Numbered from the stretch's first letter, positions 1-9,475 are shown. The stretch is DNA of 64,000 nt from Candidatus Saccharimonadales bacterium (GCA_035480055.1 DATIIB010000009.1:277068-341067); one strand, 5' to 3'. A program made the numbers and translations. Notes: generated by a model not told the origin, from the letters alone.

Positions 1-108
1 CCCATAATAACAAATGAGTATTTACGCTTGCTGTTAGTTTGCGGTTTTTTGCAAGTCATCCGGTAATATATGCTTTATTATACAAATGTAAAATCAGAAG
101 GAGACGAA

Positions 109-540
109 ATGGGTATACGTAACCCAGCACTCGACAAGCTCGACATCTTTATAGGCAAGTGGATTAACCATGGGCATGTGGTTGGGACGGACGAAGAGAT
201 TCTCACCAGCGATGTGTATGAATGGCTTCCTGGCAGACAGTTCGTACTGCACACGGCGTACGGCCGAGTGGGCGCGCGTGATGTGGGCGGTGTGGAGTTG
301 ATCGGCTACGATACAGCGGCCGAGATCTTTATCTCACATTTGTTTACAGATGGTGGCGAAATGCGGCAATCGAAGCTCACCTTCGACGGTGAGCACACAT
401 GCACTTGGCGCGCCAAAGAAACGGGTTGCACAGCAGAGTTTAGCGACGACGGTATGGTGCAAACAGCGCATCATGTGCGCCTGGATGAACACGGTGAATG
501 GGTGCCGTCGATGGAGGTCGTGTTGCGGAAGGTGAGGTAG
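109..540 (+). CDS. hypothetical small protein, DUF1579-like
   Basis: ORF 70..540. The internal ATG at 109 has AGGAG 7 nt upstream. The FIGKW..H N-terminal pattern resembles DUF1579-type proteins, but no catalytic motif was recognised. Confidence 0.55.
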   Translation: MGIRNPALDKLDIFIGKWINHGHVVGTDEEILTSDVYEWLPGRQFVLHTAYGRVGARDVGGVELIGYDTAAEIFISHLFTDGGEMRQSKLTFDGEHTCTWRAKETGCTAEFSDDGMVQTAHHVRLDEHGEWVPSMEVVLRKVR

Positions 541-574
541 GAATCGGGAACGTCAAATTTCTGAGGAACGTAAC

Positions 575-1195
575 TTAAGTTTTTACCACAATCGCCTCAC
601 CATCATGAAGAGCGATATGTGGCATATTTTTCTCTTCAAAATAGTCGACCACCTTATCAATAGCAGCCGATTCAGGATGGTCAGATTTGTAATGTGGCGC
701 TATCGATTTCTCGTAAAGCCCCAAGCCTTCCCAAACTACTTTAGGCTCATAACCCTCAGGCAATTGCTCGGGGTTATCTACCAATTCGATGCCTTCAAGA
801 GTTTTACCGGCAACAACCGCACCAGCACTGAATCCTCCGTAGACCAAACTGTCGCTTCGCACTAAATCAGGGGCGATCTGGTCGAAGCCGCTTTGGCGCA
901 GTGCGCGCCGGAGCGTAAAGGAGTTACCACCTACTACCCAAACGCCGCCATATTGTTGCAGTTTTGCCGCTAGTCCTGTGTGATCATTAAAGTAATCCCG
1001 CAGATCGAGGTCTTCACCTTCGAGCCCAAGTTCGGACAAAGAAGCAATTCCTTTTTTCAAATAGTCAGGCCTTTTAGCGGGGCCGAAGGTATCGGCAGCG
1101 TTCATAATAATCGCCACTTTCTTGTTTGCGCCAAAAAGTTCAGCAAATTTCGCAGGATCATTCCCAAGAAAGTATGAGGATAAATACAGCTTCAT
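575..1195 (-). CDS. peptidase S51 family protein (dipeptidase E-like)
   Basis: ORF 575..1249; likely start is MKLYLSS at 1195. GGNSF and GFSAGA (nucleophile Ser) motifs are typical of S51/PepE-like class I glutamine-amidotransferase-fold peptidases. Confidence 0.75.
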   Translation of the reverse strand: MKLYLSSYFLGNDPAKFAELFGANKKVAIIMNAADTFGPAKRPDYLKKGIASLSELGLEGEDLDLRDYFNDHTGLAAKLQQYGGVWVVGGNSFTLRRALRQSGFDQIAPDLVRSDSLVYGGFSAGAVVAGKTLEGIELVDNPEQLPEGYEPKVVWEGLGLYEKSIAPHYKSDHPESAAIDKVVDYFEEKNMPHIALHDGEAIVVKT

Positions 1196-1253
1196 AGAAG
1201 TAATTATATCAGGAGAATGAACTAACAATAAAGTTGGCGTAATGTACAAAACC

Positions 1254-1331
1254 TGGCGGGAGAAAAGGGATTCGAACTTTTTTGGAGCAAAAAAGACTAC
1301 AGTTCAATCTGTAGACTTTCCTATAATCTCA
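1254..1331 (-). pseudogene. tRNA-like remnant (T-arm and acceptor 3' end with CCA, long variable-arm-like hairpin, aberrant anticodon hairpin); probably non-functional
   Basis: The reverse complement ends ...GTTCGAATCCCTTTTCTCCCGCCA. Upstream lie an A/T-only 7 bp hairpin in the variable-arm position and a CTACAG/CTGTAG stem with a 6 nt loop ATTGAA. No 5' acceptor strand complementary to TTCTCCC and no D-arm are present. It abuts tRNA-Gln directly. Confidence 0.4.
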
Positions 1332-1406
1332 TGGCTGGGGCGGTAGGATTCGAACCTACGCATCCCGGGACCAAAACCCGGTGCCTTACCGCTTGGCTAC
1401 GCCCCA
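1332..1406 (-). tRNA. tRNA-Gln (anticodon UUG)
   Basis: Reverse complement: TGGGGCGTAGCCAAGCGGTAAGGCACCGGGTTTTGGTCCCGGGATGCGTAGGTTCGAATCCTACCGCCCCAGCCA. Clean cloverleaf with a 7 bp acceptor stem, anticodon loop TTTTGGT, T-loop GTTCGAATC and encoded CCA. Confidence 0.9.
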
Positions 1407-1442
1407 ACGCACGGGGAATTATACCACGATAACAGTGGTAGT

Positions 1443-2156
1443 TCAACGCTGCAAGGAGAGGAGGGCACCGATTCGCGTCAGGCGAACAGCGATTTTGGCG
1501 CTGCGCCTAGCGATGCTGGGTAGCGCTTCCTTTTGCTTTTTGAGCGCTCGGTATTTTTGCCACGCCACAACTCTCCAATAGAGGATAGTCCACATGATTG
1601 GCCGAAAGTAGAGAAACCGACCTCGGCGCTTTACAAACGCGGCGAATTTGTTGGATTCTTTGAAGGTGCCCAGTATTTGTTTGCCACTTTTGATCAGCAG
1701 CTTGTCGACCGTAGCAATGTCCTTGAGCAAATTTGCAGCCTTGTTTTCTTGCACGGTGTCGGCAAGCGCCAGGGGTAAATCGTAATTGATGTGCGCATTC
1801 GCGCCAAGCAACAACCCGATAAATTCCGGTCGAGAGGCAGCATCCTTGCCATCAATAGCCAAAGTCCACGCGGCAGGCAGCTGCGAGTCATTGCGAATAT
1901 ACGTGTTGATGGCCGCAAAATAGTAATTAGCAAAGCACACGCTAAAAGCTTCGATAAAAGCGGGATTTTTAAAACGCTGCGCCTGCGAGGCTTCGCTAAT
2001 CACCGTAGTCACCACCACGTAAGCTCTGTTGAACGTCGCCAGGTGGCGCAACGAGGTAGCGGGAAGACGCGCATCTAACATGCGGAGCGTGCGCAGCACC
2101 GCTTTGACCGACGTAATGCGGCGAGTATCAATTATAAGCGTGCGATCGTGGGCCAT
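1443..2156 (-). CDS. DUF5995 family protein
   Basis: 237 aa ORF. FANYYF, PAAW and GANAHINYDLPLAL match my recollection of the DUF5995 signature. Confidence 0.6.
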   Translation of the reverse strand: MAHDRTLIIDTRRITSVKAVLRTLRMLDARLPATSLRHLATFNRAYVVVTTVISEASQAQRFKNPAFIEAFSVCFANYYFAAINTYIRNDSQLPAAWTLAIDGKDAASRPEFIGLLLGANAHINYDLPLALADTVQENKAANLLKDIATVDKLLIKSGKQILGTFKESNKFAAFVKRRGRFLYFRPIMWTILYWRVVAWQKYRALKKQKEALPSIARRSAKIAVRLTRIGALLSLQR

Positions 2157-2164
2157 ACCTGCAA

Positions 2165-2596
2165 TTACCGATGATAGGGAAGTCCAGCGGTAATAGTACT
2201 GGCGCGGTAGAGTGCCTCGAGCATCACCACCATGGCCAAATCATGCGGGAGAGTGAGGTCGGAAAGTTTCCATAAACAATCGGCTCGCTGGCGGATGGCA
2301 TCACCAAAACCTTCTGGGCCACCGATCAAAAACACGATCTCAGACGTCCCATTGGTCGCAAGCGAATCCAACTGCTTGGCCAGTTGCGGGCTGGAAAATT
2401 CTTTACCCTCAAGGTCGAGCGGCATCAGGTAGGCGCGGTCGGCAGCATGCAGGAGCGAGGTATCGTTGGCATGTTTATCATCGATCCGCGTGGTGCGAAG
2501 CTGGTGAAAGCGGCCAAGGCGCTTGTAATATTCGTCCCAGCCGCGACGAGCGTAATCAAGTTTGGGTTCACCCACGGTGATAAAATGAAATCTCAT
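2165..2596 (-). CDS. rlmH: 23S rRNA (pseudouridine1915-N3)-methyltransferase RlmH
   Basis: ORF 2165..2623; likely start is MRFHFITVGEPK. SPOUT-type C-terminus IGGPEGF ... LSDLTLPHDLAMVVMLEALYRA. Confidence 0.85.
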   Translation of the reverse strand: MRFHFITVGEPKLDYARRGWDEYYKRLGRFHQLRTTRIDDKHANDTSLLHAADRAYLMPLDLEGKEFSSPQLAKQLDSLATNGTSEIVFLIGGPEGFGDAIRQRADCLWKLSDLTLPHDLAMVVMLEALYRASTITAGLPYHR

Positions 2597-2619
2597 AGTT
2601 TTAGTATACGGTATTGGTT

Positions 2620-3324
2620 TCAATATTGGTCGCGGGTATAGAAGTGGCTCTTTTCCTTAAAAGTAAGATTCTTGTTTTTGGCAGTGAGGTAGCCGTCTTT
2701 CATGCCCTCAAAAACTTTTTCTTGAGCTTGTACTTCTTCCAGACTCAACCAGGCGTTGCGGCCACCGTCAAAATGCTCGGCCAGTTCGCCGCGCGGATTA
2801 CTCCCATAGACGGTAAAGAAAATCTTGTCTTCGAGCAATTTGTTGCTCTCTTTATCGAAATCCAGCTTGTGGTAGATCGCTCTAAACTCCAGGTCAGCTT
2901 CCAGCCCAGTCTCTTCCATTAGTTCGCGCGCAGCGGCCTCGGTAATAGTTTCGCCCCAGCGGATTTTCCCGGTTGGTCGGCCCCAAAACCCATAGAATGG
3001 CTGCTTGAGTCGCTGCTGGTAGAGGAGGCGACCGTCTTGGTGCTCTATCAGCAAAAGCACGGCGACTTTTGGTTGTCGCTCCACCACGCGTTCGTCGGTG
3101 TCAAAACGGTTTGCATACTCTTTGCCTTCGATAGTCAGCTCGTAGTGGTTATCCGTGTTTTTGTGGATTAGCTGTTGCTCTAGCATCTTTTTTAAATGAA
3201 ACGCAAAGTGATCACTGCTGAGTTCGCTGGCCTTTTGCAATTCGGCAAAGCCAGCCGATGGGCGAAAGAGCAGCGCGTGTAAAATAGCCACTTGGGCTGG
3301 GTGCATGGTATCGTTGATGTTCAT
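2620..3324 (-). CDS. NUDIX hydrolase with N-terminal winged-helix domain
   Basis: 234 aa. N-terminal MarR/ArsR-like wHTH (AQVAILHALLFRPSAGFAELQK). Nudix box GKIRWGETITEAAARELMEETGL. Confidence 0.75.
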   Translation of the reverse strand: MNINDTMHPAQVAILHALLFRPSAGFAELQKASELSSDHFAFHLKKMLEQQLIHKNTDNHYELTIEGKEYANRFDTDERVVERQPKVAVLLLIEHQDGRLLYQQRLKQPFYGFWGRPTGKIRWGETITEAAARELMEETGLEADLEFRAIYHKLDFDKESNKLLEDKIFFTVYGSNPRGELAEHFDGGRNAWLSLEEVQAQEKVFEGMKDGYLTAKNKNLTFKEKSHFYTRDQY

Positions 3325-3384
3325 AAGTTCTCCTTTTGGCAGCAGTATGGCGCAGCCCGAGGCAAAAATCTAGTAAAGCTGGCT

Positions 3385-4356
3385 TCAGCGTTTCTCGGGG
3401 TGCACGCCAATGGTCACCCGATGCAGGTGTGGCACTAACGAACGCCAAGTCCAATGACGGCGCTGCGACACAGCGTACACACGCATAGTAACCGTGTAGG
3501 CTACCAGCGCATACAGAATGCCCAGCAAGACGTCAAAGACGTAATGTTCGCTCAGATACACCACGCCGAGCCACACCGAGATTGGATACACCGCCAACCA
3601 CCACACTCGCCGCCACGAAAATACTTTGGCCAAAAAGAGCAAAAAGAGCAGGGGATACGCCGCATGCAGTGATGGCACTGCCGCCACTTCGTTGGGTGAA
3701 AGTTTGCCGTATACTTCGGAAAAATTCTCCACGCCCATGGCCGCCCAAATATCACTCGAGATTCGCTGAATATGCGGAATAAAATGATTCTGCGAAGCCA
3801 TCCATGGCGGCGCGGCCGGGAAAAGTACGTACGTAATAAAAGCCGCAAACGAAAGCCCAACCAATGCAGCCACGAATGGCCAGTAAAGTTCGTCGCGTTT
3901 TTTCCAGATAATCACTGCCAGCACCACTGGCGCGACAAAGTGAATGGTGTACAAAAAATAAAAGTAAAAGTCATACCACATCACATGCCCATGCCACAGA
4001 TGCTGCTGCAGCCAAGCTGTGGGTAGTGTACCGCTACCAAGCCACGTGTCAAAGCTGATCATCTGCTGATAATGAACGGCATGGTTGAGGTTATCTGCCA
4101 AACCTCGGAATGAATCATACACCAACAACAACGCAATAAATGGCAAAAAGCGAATCACAAAAGCTTTGGCCTGGCCAAAGATCACAAAAAGGATAAACAG
4201 CGCGATAAACAAGGTATCTGGAGTCCAAAAAACCCTAAGGATCACAAAGACGTACAGCAATGCAGCCACCACAACCACGCGGGCCAGGAGCAACAAAGGA
4301 TGCGCCTTACCGAACGCAACAAGTCGAGTAACGAGTTGTTGCAAACGGCGGCGCAT
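3385..4356 (-). CDS. PAP2-superfamily integral membrane protein (PAP2_C/inositolphosphotransferase-like)
   Basis: 323 aa with multiple TM helices. PSLHAAYP motif and SEHYVFDVL near the C-terminus are typical of PAP2-like phosphatases/transferases. Confidence 0.65.
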   Translation of the reverse strand: MRRRLQQLVTRLVAFGKAHPLLLLARVVVVAALLYVFVILRVFWTPDTLFIALFILFVIFGQAKAFVIRFLPFIALLLVYDSFRGLADNLNHAVHYQQMISFDTWLGSGTLPTAWLQQHLWHGHVMWYDFYFYFLYTIHFVAPVVLAVIIWKKRDELYWPFVAALVGLSFAAFITYVLFPAAPPWMASQNHFIPHIQRISSDIWAAMGVENFSEVYGKLSPNEVAAVPSLHAAYPLLFLLFLAKVFSWRRVWWLAVYPISVWLGVVYLSEHYVFDVLLGILYALVAYTVTMRVYAVSQRRHWTWRSLVPHLHRVTIGVHPEKR

Positions 4357-4379
4357 CCGAGAATTAATCCGTATCGCTC

Positions 4380-5132
4380 TTAAGAGCGGGGAGCTTTTTT
4401 GTTGCGTGATTTGGGCTTACGATGTGTAGATTTTTTGGCTGCTGGCGCAGGTGTGTCTTCTTCGGGAACTGGCTCGTCTTCGGGTTCAAGTTCTTCGGTA
4501 GAGCTTTCGTCTTGGTCTTCGAACTCAAGCGGTCCTTGAGCTGCGCTTGCTTTAGTAGTCTTTTTGAGTGGGCGAGTGCCGATCATCGCGCCAATGGTTG
4601 CGACAACGACCAAGGCTACAAAGGCCGCGAATGACATCCCCATCAGTTGCGTTTCGCGCTTTTCGATTTCAGTCAGCGAACGCGCGACCATAATGAAGCC
4701 AGATTGTTTCCCACCAAAGTGCTTCATGACCACTGCGACGCGAACGTCTTTTTGTGGCTGCCAGGTAAAGCGCTGTTCTTTGCCTTTTTTGGCTGCGGTG
4801 AAGGTGCCGTCTGGAGGAACAGGGGAATTGTTGTCGAGTGACATGGTGCTGGTTTGGACTTTTTTGTTTTCGTCGGTGACGATCAAAAAGAGACCAAGAC
4901 TTTTACGTGGATCAACCGTGCTGCCACCACCAAGTTGGTCAGGCGACGCGCCTTGCTCGAGAGCATTCGAGATGTCCTCGGCATATTGCACTTGTGGATC
5001 ATTGGCGTTTTGGCGATAGTTCTGCTGTATCGCAACAGAGCCGAAGCCAACCACAATGGCGCTGGCAACCACTGCGAGCAACCAGTATTTAAAACGAATA
5101 GAGCTGAGGGAAGGGGTGCGTAATTTCTTCAT
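4380..5132 (-). CDS. hypothetical bitopic membrane protein with extracytoplasmic domain and charged C-terminal tail
   Basis: ORF 4380..5168; probable start is MKKLRTPS. Two hydrophobic segments flank a ~150 aa domain. The tail is acidic then Lys/Arg-rich. Confidence 0.55.
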   Translation of the reverse strand: MKKLRTPSLSSIRFKYWLLAVVASAIVVGFGSVAIQQNYRQNANDPQVQYAEDISNALEQGASPDQLGGGSTVDPRKSLGLFLIVTDENKKVQTSTMSLDNNSPVPPDGTFTAAKKGKEQRFTWQPQKDVRVAVVMKHFGGKQSGFIMVARSLTEIEKRETQLMGMSFAAFVALVVVATIGAMIGTRPLKKTTKASAAQGPLEFEDQDESSTEELEPEDEPVPEEDTPAPAAKKSTHRKPKSRNKKAPRS

Positions 5133-5208
5133 AGGATCAAGTATACCTCTTTTACCAGTGAGCCCCAACTGTTTGTATTTTACCAGAGGTTATGCGACCA
5201 TACTAAGC

Positions 5209-8200
5209 ATGAATGCACAAGCCTTTGACGCAGCTTTTGCCCAGCTCAACGACGCGCAACGTGAAGCGGTTGAGACCATTGATGGTCCAGTGCTGGTAGT
5301 GGCCGGACCAGGTACCGGCAAGACGCAACTGCTCAGTATGCGGGTGGCAAATATTTTGCGCCGCTCAGACGCGAGTGCGCATAACATCTTGTGTATGACT
5401 TTTACCGAAGATGCTGCGCACAATATGCGGGAGCGGTTGGCCGGTATCATCGGTCCAGCAGCCTATGACGTCGAGATTCAAACCTTTCACAGCTTTGGCG
5501 CCTCGGTGATTGCCAGGTACGGTGAGTACTTTTACCAAGGCATTGGCAGTCAGCCAATTGACGAGCTGGCTGGACATGAAATTTTTGAGAAGATCTTTCA
5601 AAAGCTGCCGCAAGACAATCCGCTGAGTGCGCAGTTTGAAAATGACTTTTTGTATCTGAAAGGTGCGCAGAGTGCAGTAGATAATTTTAAAACCGCTGGG
5701 CTGGCACCCACGGAAGTGCGAGCGATTGCCAAAAGTAATCTCGACTTTGCCGGGCATGCCAATCGGGCGGTGGCCGAGGCAATGCAAGGCTTTACGCGAA
5801 TTGATAAGAGCTCGCCAGAACGTTTCAAAAAGCTGCTGAGTTTGCTGCAAGCTCTCACGAGCCCTGACGCTTCGACGCCCTTGTTTGTCAAACCGCTGGC
5901 AACCATTGTGGTGGATGCGCTGCACGCCGCGCTTGAGCTGGTGGAGGCGCATGGCAAAACGACTCCGCTGACTGAGTTTAAAAACGCTTTTTTGGTCAGA
6001 AGCGCGGCTGGCGAGTGGCAGCTGAAAGACAGCGAAGCAAGCAAAAAGTTACTGGCTCTGGCAGACATTTATGAGCAATACTTGTTGCAACTCCGCGAGT
6101 CAAATCTGATTGACTTCAATGACATGATCACTCGAGTTGTGCACGCCTTAGAGACCTTTGATGAGCTGCGGCTTAATCTTCAAGAGCAGTATCAATACAT
6201 TTTGGTTGATGAATTTCAGGACACCAGTTTAGCTCAGCTGCGATTGGTTACCGCGCTCACCGACAATCCGGTGTTTGAAGGTCGCCCAAACATCTTAGCA
6301 GTGGGGGATGATGACCAAGCGATTTATAGTTTTCAAGGTGCAGAACTTTCGAACATCCTCAGCTTTCATGCCCAATACCAAGACGTAAAAGTAATCACGC
6401 TGACCGAAAACTATCGGTCGCGCCAAGCGGTTTTACAGGCTGCCAAGTTTGTGATTGAACAGTCCAGCGAGCGCTTGGTGGCTCAATTGCAAGGCGTTAC
6501 CAAAGATATCGTTGCTCGCAACGAGACCCTGCCTGAACCCACGATCGCTCATCATCGGTTTGCCAGCGCCGAACAGCAGCGTCAATGGGTGGCAGACCAA
6601 ATTGCCAAGCTTATCGCCGACGGCACATCGCCCAGCGACATTGCAGTCATTACCGCCAAACATAACGGTCTGCGCATGGTCGTCCCTTTCTTGGCCGCTG
6701 CGGGCATTCCTGTCCGTTACGACAAACGCGAAAATATTTTGGAAGTTCCGGCAATCGTTGAGTTACTCACCATGGCCCGTTTGACGGTGGCGCTTGCAGA
6801 CAATACTCAGATGATCGCCAATGCATTATTTCCGCAAGTACTCAGCTATGCGTGTTGGGGTCTTTCCACCAAACAGATTTGGCAGCTATACCTGCATAAC
6901 TACCGCAAGCGATCACCGTGGCTGGAGACCGCGTTGCAAAGTGGCGATAGCGAAATAGCCCGCATTGCAGAATTTTTTATTGCCCTGGGTACGCGCGCCA
7001 AAACGTCGTCGCTCGAAACCATGATCGATTATTTGGTGGGGAATGAAGCCGTGGGGATGCAGGCAGGCGATGGCGAGCAACTATCGCTGGAGCCTTCAAC
7101 TTTCATTAGTCCATTTAAAGCGTTCTACTTTAGCGACGAAAACCGGCGCTTCCAGCCAAATGATTATCTGGAACTGCTCTCGCATCTCCGATTTCTGCGT
7201 GAGCGACTGCGGGAATTCCGGGCCACCGAGCAGCTGACCCTCCAGGACATTGTAAAGTATGTTGCACTCGTGGAAGGCGCCGGCATCCAATTGGTGGACA
7301 CCACGCCGCACCGCGAAAAAACCGATGCAGTGAGTTTATACACCGCGCATTCGTCCAAAGGACTTGAATTCGGCAGCGTGTTCATTGTGGATGCCAACCA
7401 CGACATTTGGAACAGCAGCGGCAGCCCGCTCGGGAAGATTAGCATGCCTACCAACTTGCCGATTGAGCGCTCGGCCGGCAGCGAAGAAGAACGCCGACGC
7501 TTGTTGTACGTGGCCATGACTCGCGCCAAACATCGGTTAGTTATTACCGGCTTTCAGGCCAACAAACGCGGCAATGCGCCGCTCAAATATCTCACCGGCA
7601 GCGAAGAAGAATTACCCGCTGGGTTGTTTCCCACAGAGCACGACGCAAGCGAGCAATCGCCTCAAGAAGTGACGGCCGCGCTGACCACCAGCTGGCATGA
7701 CCGCCATCTTACCGCCCGCCTGCAACCATCTATGAAAGAGTTATTGCTCCCCACGCTCGAGAACTATCGGCTGAGCGTCACTCACTTGCAGCGCTTTTTG
7801 AACGTCGCAGATGGCGGCCCAGCTCAGTGGTTCTTGCAATGCTTGCTGCATTTTCCACAGGCCAGCACGCCCAACATGGCTTTTGGAAACGCGGTGCATG
7901 CCACGCTCGAAGCAGCCCAAAAGTCTTTCAAAAAGACCGGGGAGCGCCGCTCGATCGACGATTTGCTCACAGATTTTGCAGTTTCCTTGCATCAGTGCCG
8001 CCTTGACCAAGAGGCGGAAGCGCGGCTGCTCAGCTTTGGCAACAAAATTTTGCGCCACTATTTTGCAGCTCGTTACGCCGATTTTCGGCAAGAAGAGTTC
8101 TTTGAGTTTGACGTGAGCAGCCGCCAAGTAATTATCAGTGGTGCTAGACTGACCGGCAAGATCGACCGCATTACGCCACTTGGCGACAATGACGTGCGGG

Positions 8201-8565
8201 TGACCGACTTTAAAACCGGCAAGCCCATGCACTCCTGGGACACGCCCGATCCGCACCGCCAAATTCGCCTGCATCACTACAAGCAGCAACTGACTTTTTA
8301 TCGCCTCCTGCTGGAAGAGAGCAACGCCTTTGGGCCGCACACCAAGGTGATCGATACCGCAATCGAGTTTGTGCAACCAGACGCTTCGGGTGAATTAGTG
8401 CCACCCCTTACATTTATGCCCACCGACGATGATGTCGCGCGGCTTCGAGGAATCATTGCCGGCGCCTGGCGGGCCATAACTACTTTGGAATTTCCTGACA
8501 CCACCCAGTACGAGTCAACCTTGCAAGGCATTACTCAGTTTGAAACCGATCTTGCGGAAAGCTAG
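5209..8565 (+). CDS. UvrD/PcrA-family helicase fused to a C-terminal PD-(D/E)XK (RecB-like) nuclease
   Basis: ORF 5056..8565; ATG at 5209 gives MNAQAFDAAFAQLNDAQREAV. Walker A GPGTGKT, DEFQDT, YRS and TAHSSKGLEF helicase motifs. C-terminal GKIDRI...VTDFKTGKP...YKQQLTFY nuclease motifs. Confidence 0.85.
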   Translation: MNAQAFDAAFAQLNDAQREAVETIDGPVLVVAGPGTGKTQLLSMRVANILRRSDASAHNILCMTFTEDAAHNMRERLAGIIGPAAYDVEIQTFHSFGASVIARYGEYFYQGIGSQPIDELAGHEIFEKIFQKLPQDNPLSAQFENDFLYLKGAQSAVDNFKTAGLAPTEVRAIAKSNLDFAGHANRAVAEAMQGFTRIDKSSPERFKKLLSLLQALTSPDASTPLFVKPLATIVVDALHAALELVEAHGKTTPLTEFKNAFLVRSAAGEWQLKDSEASKKLLALADIYEQYLLQLRESNLIDFNDMITRVVHALETFDELRLNLQEQYQYILVDEFQDTSLAQLRLVTALTDNPVFEGRPNILAVGDDDQAIYSFQGAELSNILSFHAQYQDVKVITLTENYRSRQAVLQAAKFVIEQSSERLVAQLQGVTKDIVARNETLPEPTIAHHRFASAEQQRQWVADQIAKLIADGTSPSDIAVITAKHNGLRMVVPFLAAAGIPVRYDKRENILEVPAIVELLTMARLTVALADNTQMIANALFPQVLSYACWGLSTKQIWQLYLHNYRKRSPWLETALQSGDSEIARIAEFFIALGTRAKTSSLETMIDYLVGNEAVGMQAGDGEQLSLEPSTFISPFKAFYFSDENRRFQPNDYLELLSHLRFLRERLREFRATEQLTLQDIVKYVALVEGAGIQLVDTTPHREKTDAVSLYTAHSSKGLEFGSVFIVDANHDIWNSSGSPLGKISMPTNLPIERSAGSEEERRRLLYVAMTRAKHRLVITGFQANKRGNAPLKYLTGSEEELPAGLFPTEHDASEQSPQEVTAALTTSWHDRHLTARLQPSMKELLLPTLENYRLSVTHLQRFLNVADGGPAQWFLQCLLHFPQASTPNMAFGNAVHATLEAAQKSFKKTGERRSIDDLLTDFAVSLHQCRLDQEAEARLLSFGNKILRHYFAARYADFRQEEFFEFDVSSRQVIISGARLTGKIDRITPLGDNDVRVTDFKTGKPMHSWDTPDPHRQIRLHHYKQQLTFYRLLLEESNAFGPHTKVIDTAIEFVQPDASGELVPPLTFMPTDDDVARLRGIIAGAWRAITTLEFPDTTQYESTLQGITQFETDLAES

Positions 8566-8589
8566 ATTAAAGACAACGAACTGCGTATA

Positions 8590-9045
8590 GTGAGGATAGT
8601 GGAGCATTATCCAACCGACACGATATTTAGCCTCAAATACAGTCGGAAAATCGATACGTTTTTTATTTACCGCCCAAAAAATGACGAGGCACCGCCGGGG
8701 GAGCTCGCGTTTGTCTCGCTTGGAGGAGACGATTTCATTGTGTTCCTCAATGAAGCCCCGGGTGAACTGACTCTTATAGCCCACCGGGGCGACAACCAAT
8801 TTGCAATCGACACGCTCGCGCGTGTCGTTTTTGATAGGGAATACAAAACGCTGTGCAAGAAGTTTCGCGAGGAGACTGCACACCACAGACTGCTGCATCG
8901 ACAAGCTGAAATAGTGGTGCCGTTTAGCACCACACGGCGACGCCAAAGAATTGCGCTACATGCTTCATCGATACATGCCAGCCAAAACGTCAAAGATTTG
9001 CATGATCTTATTACGCTCCAGGCCAGACGGAGCAGAGAACCTTAG
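8590..9045 (+). CDS. hypothetical protein (strand assignment uncertain)
   Basis: 151 aa ORF with a GTG start. An alternative GTG at 8599 has GAGGA 5 nt upstream. Balanced, protein-like composition. Competing ORFs lie on the minus strand (8515..8946, 8667..8993). Confidence 0.4.
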   Translation: MRIVEHYPTDTIFSLKYSRKIDTFFIYRPKNDEAPPGELAFVSLGGDDFIVFLNEAPGELTLIAHRGDNQFAIDTLARVVFDREYKTLCKKFREETAHHRLLHRQAEIVVPFSTTRRRQRIALHASSIHASQNVKDLHDLITLQARRSREP

Positions 9046-9467
9046 CGCTCGCGGTGGCGGCGGCGCAAGTTGGCGACTTGCAAACGGACCTGAGCACGGT
9101 CGATCAACTGCTGCGCGTGGTCCAGCTCCACTTTGTCTTTGGCTTTGGCGCGCATATCAAGCGCCCGTTGCAACGCCTTTTGGGCTTCGGCTTCGTGGAT
9201 TTCGCTGGCGTGATCGGCTTCGTCCACCAAAATCCGTACGCCGGTGCTGGTAACCTCCACAATACCGCCTTCGGTCGCGAAGTGCTCCAGCTTGTCGTCA
9301 CCATCGGTGGCTTTTTGGCGTACGGTAATCACCCCGGGCACCGCCAAGCTCACCAATGGTTCATGGTGAGGAAGCACTGCAATCTGACCTGCCGCGGTGG
9401 GCAGGCTGACTTCGGCAATGTCTTGGTCAAATTTGACGCCAGTAAGGGTGATAAGTTGAAATTTCAT
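9042..9467 (-). CDS. atpC: F0F1 ATP synthase subunit epsilon
   Basis: 141 aa. The MKFQLITLTG...VLPHHEPLVS pattern and its position after atpD support the call. Confidence 0.9.
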   Translation of the reverse strand: MKFQLITLTGVKFDQDIAEVSLPTAAGQIAVLPHHEPLVSLAVPGVITVRQKATDGDDKLEHFATEGGIVEVTSTGVRILVDEADHASEIHEAEAQKALQRALDMRAKAKDKVELDHAQQLIDRAQVRLQVANLRRRHRER

Positions 9468-9475
9468 AAAAGTCT

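Noticed and set aside
5056-5208. Upstream start of the helicase ORF at 5056
   Set aside because: It would overlap the divergent membrane-protein gene. The conserved UvrD N-terminus (..LN..Q..AV) begins at the ATG at 5209.
8515-8946. 143 aa minus-strand ORF overlapping the helicase 3' end
   Set aside because: It overlaps the helicase by about 50 nt, is rich in Cys/His/Trp/Phe, and has no RBS. The plus-strand alternative is preferred, but this call has low confidence.
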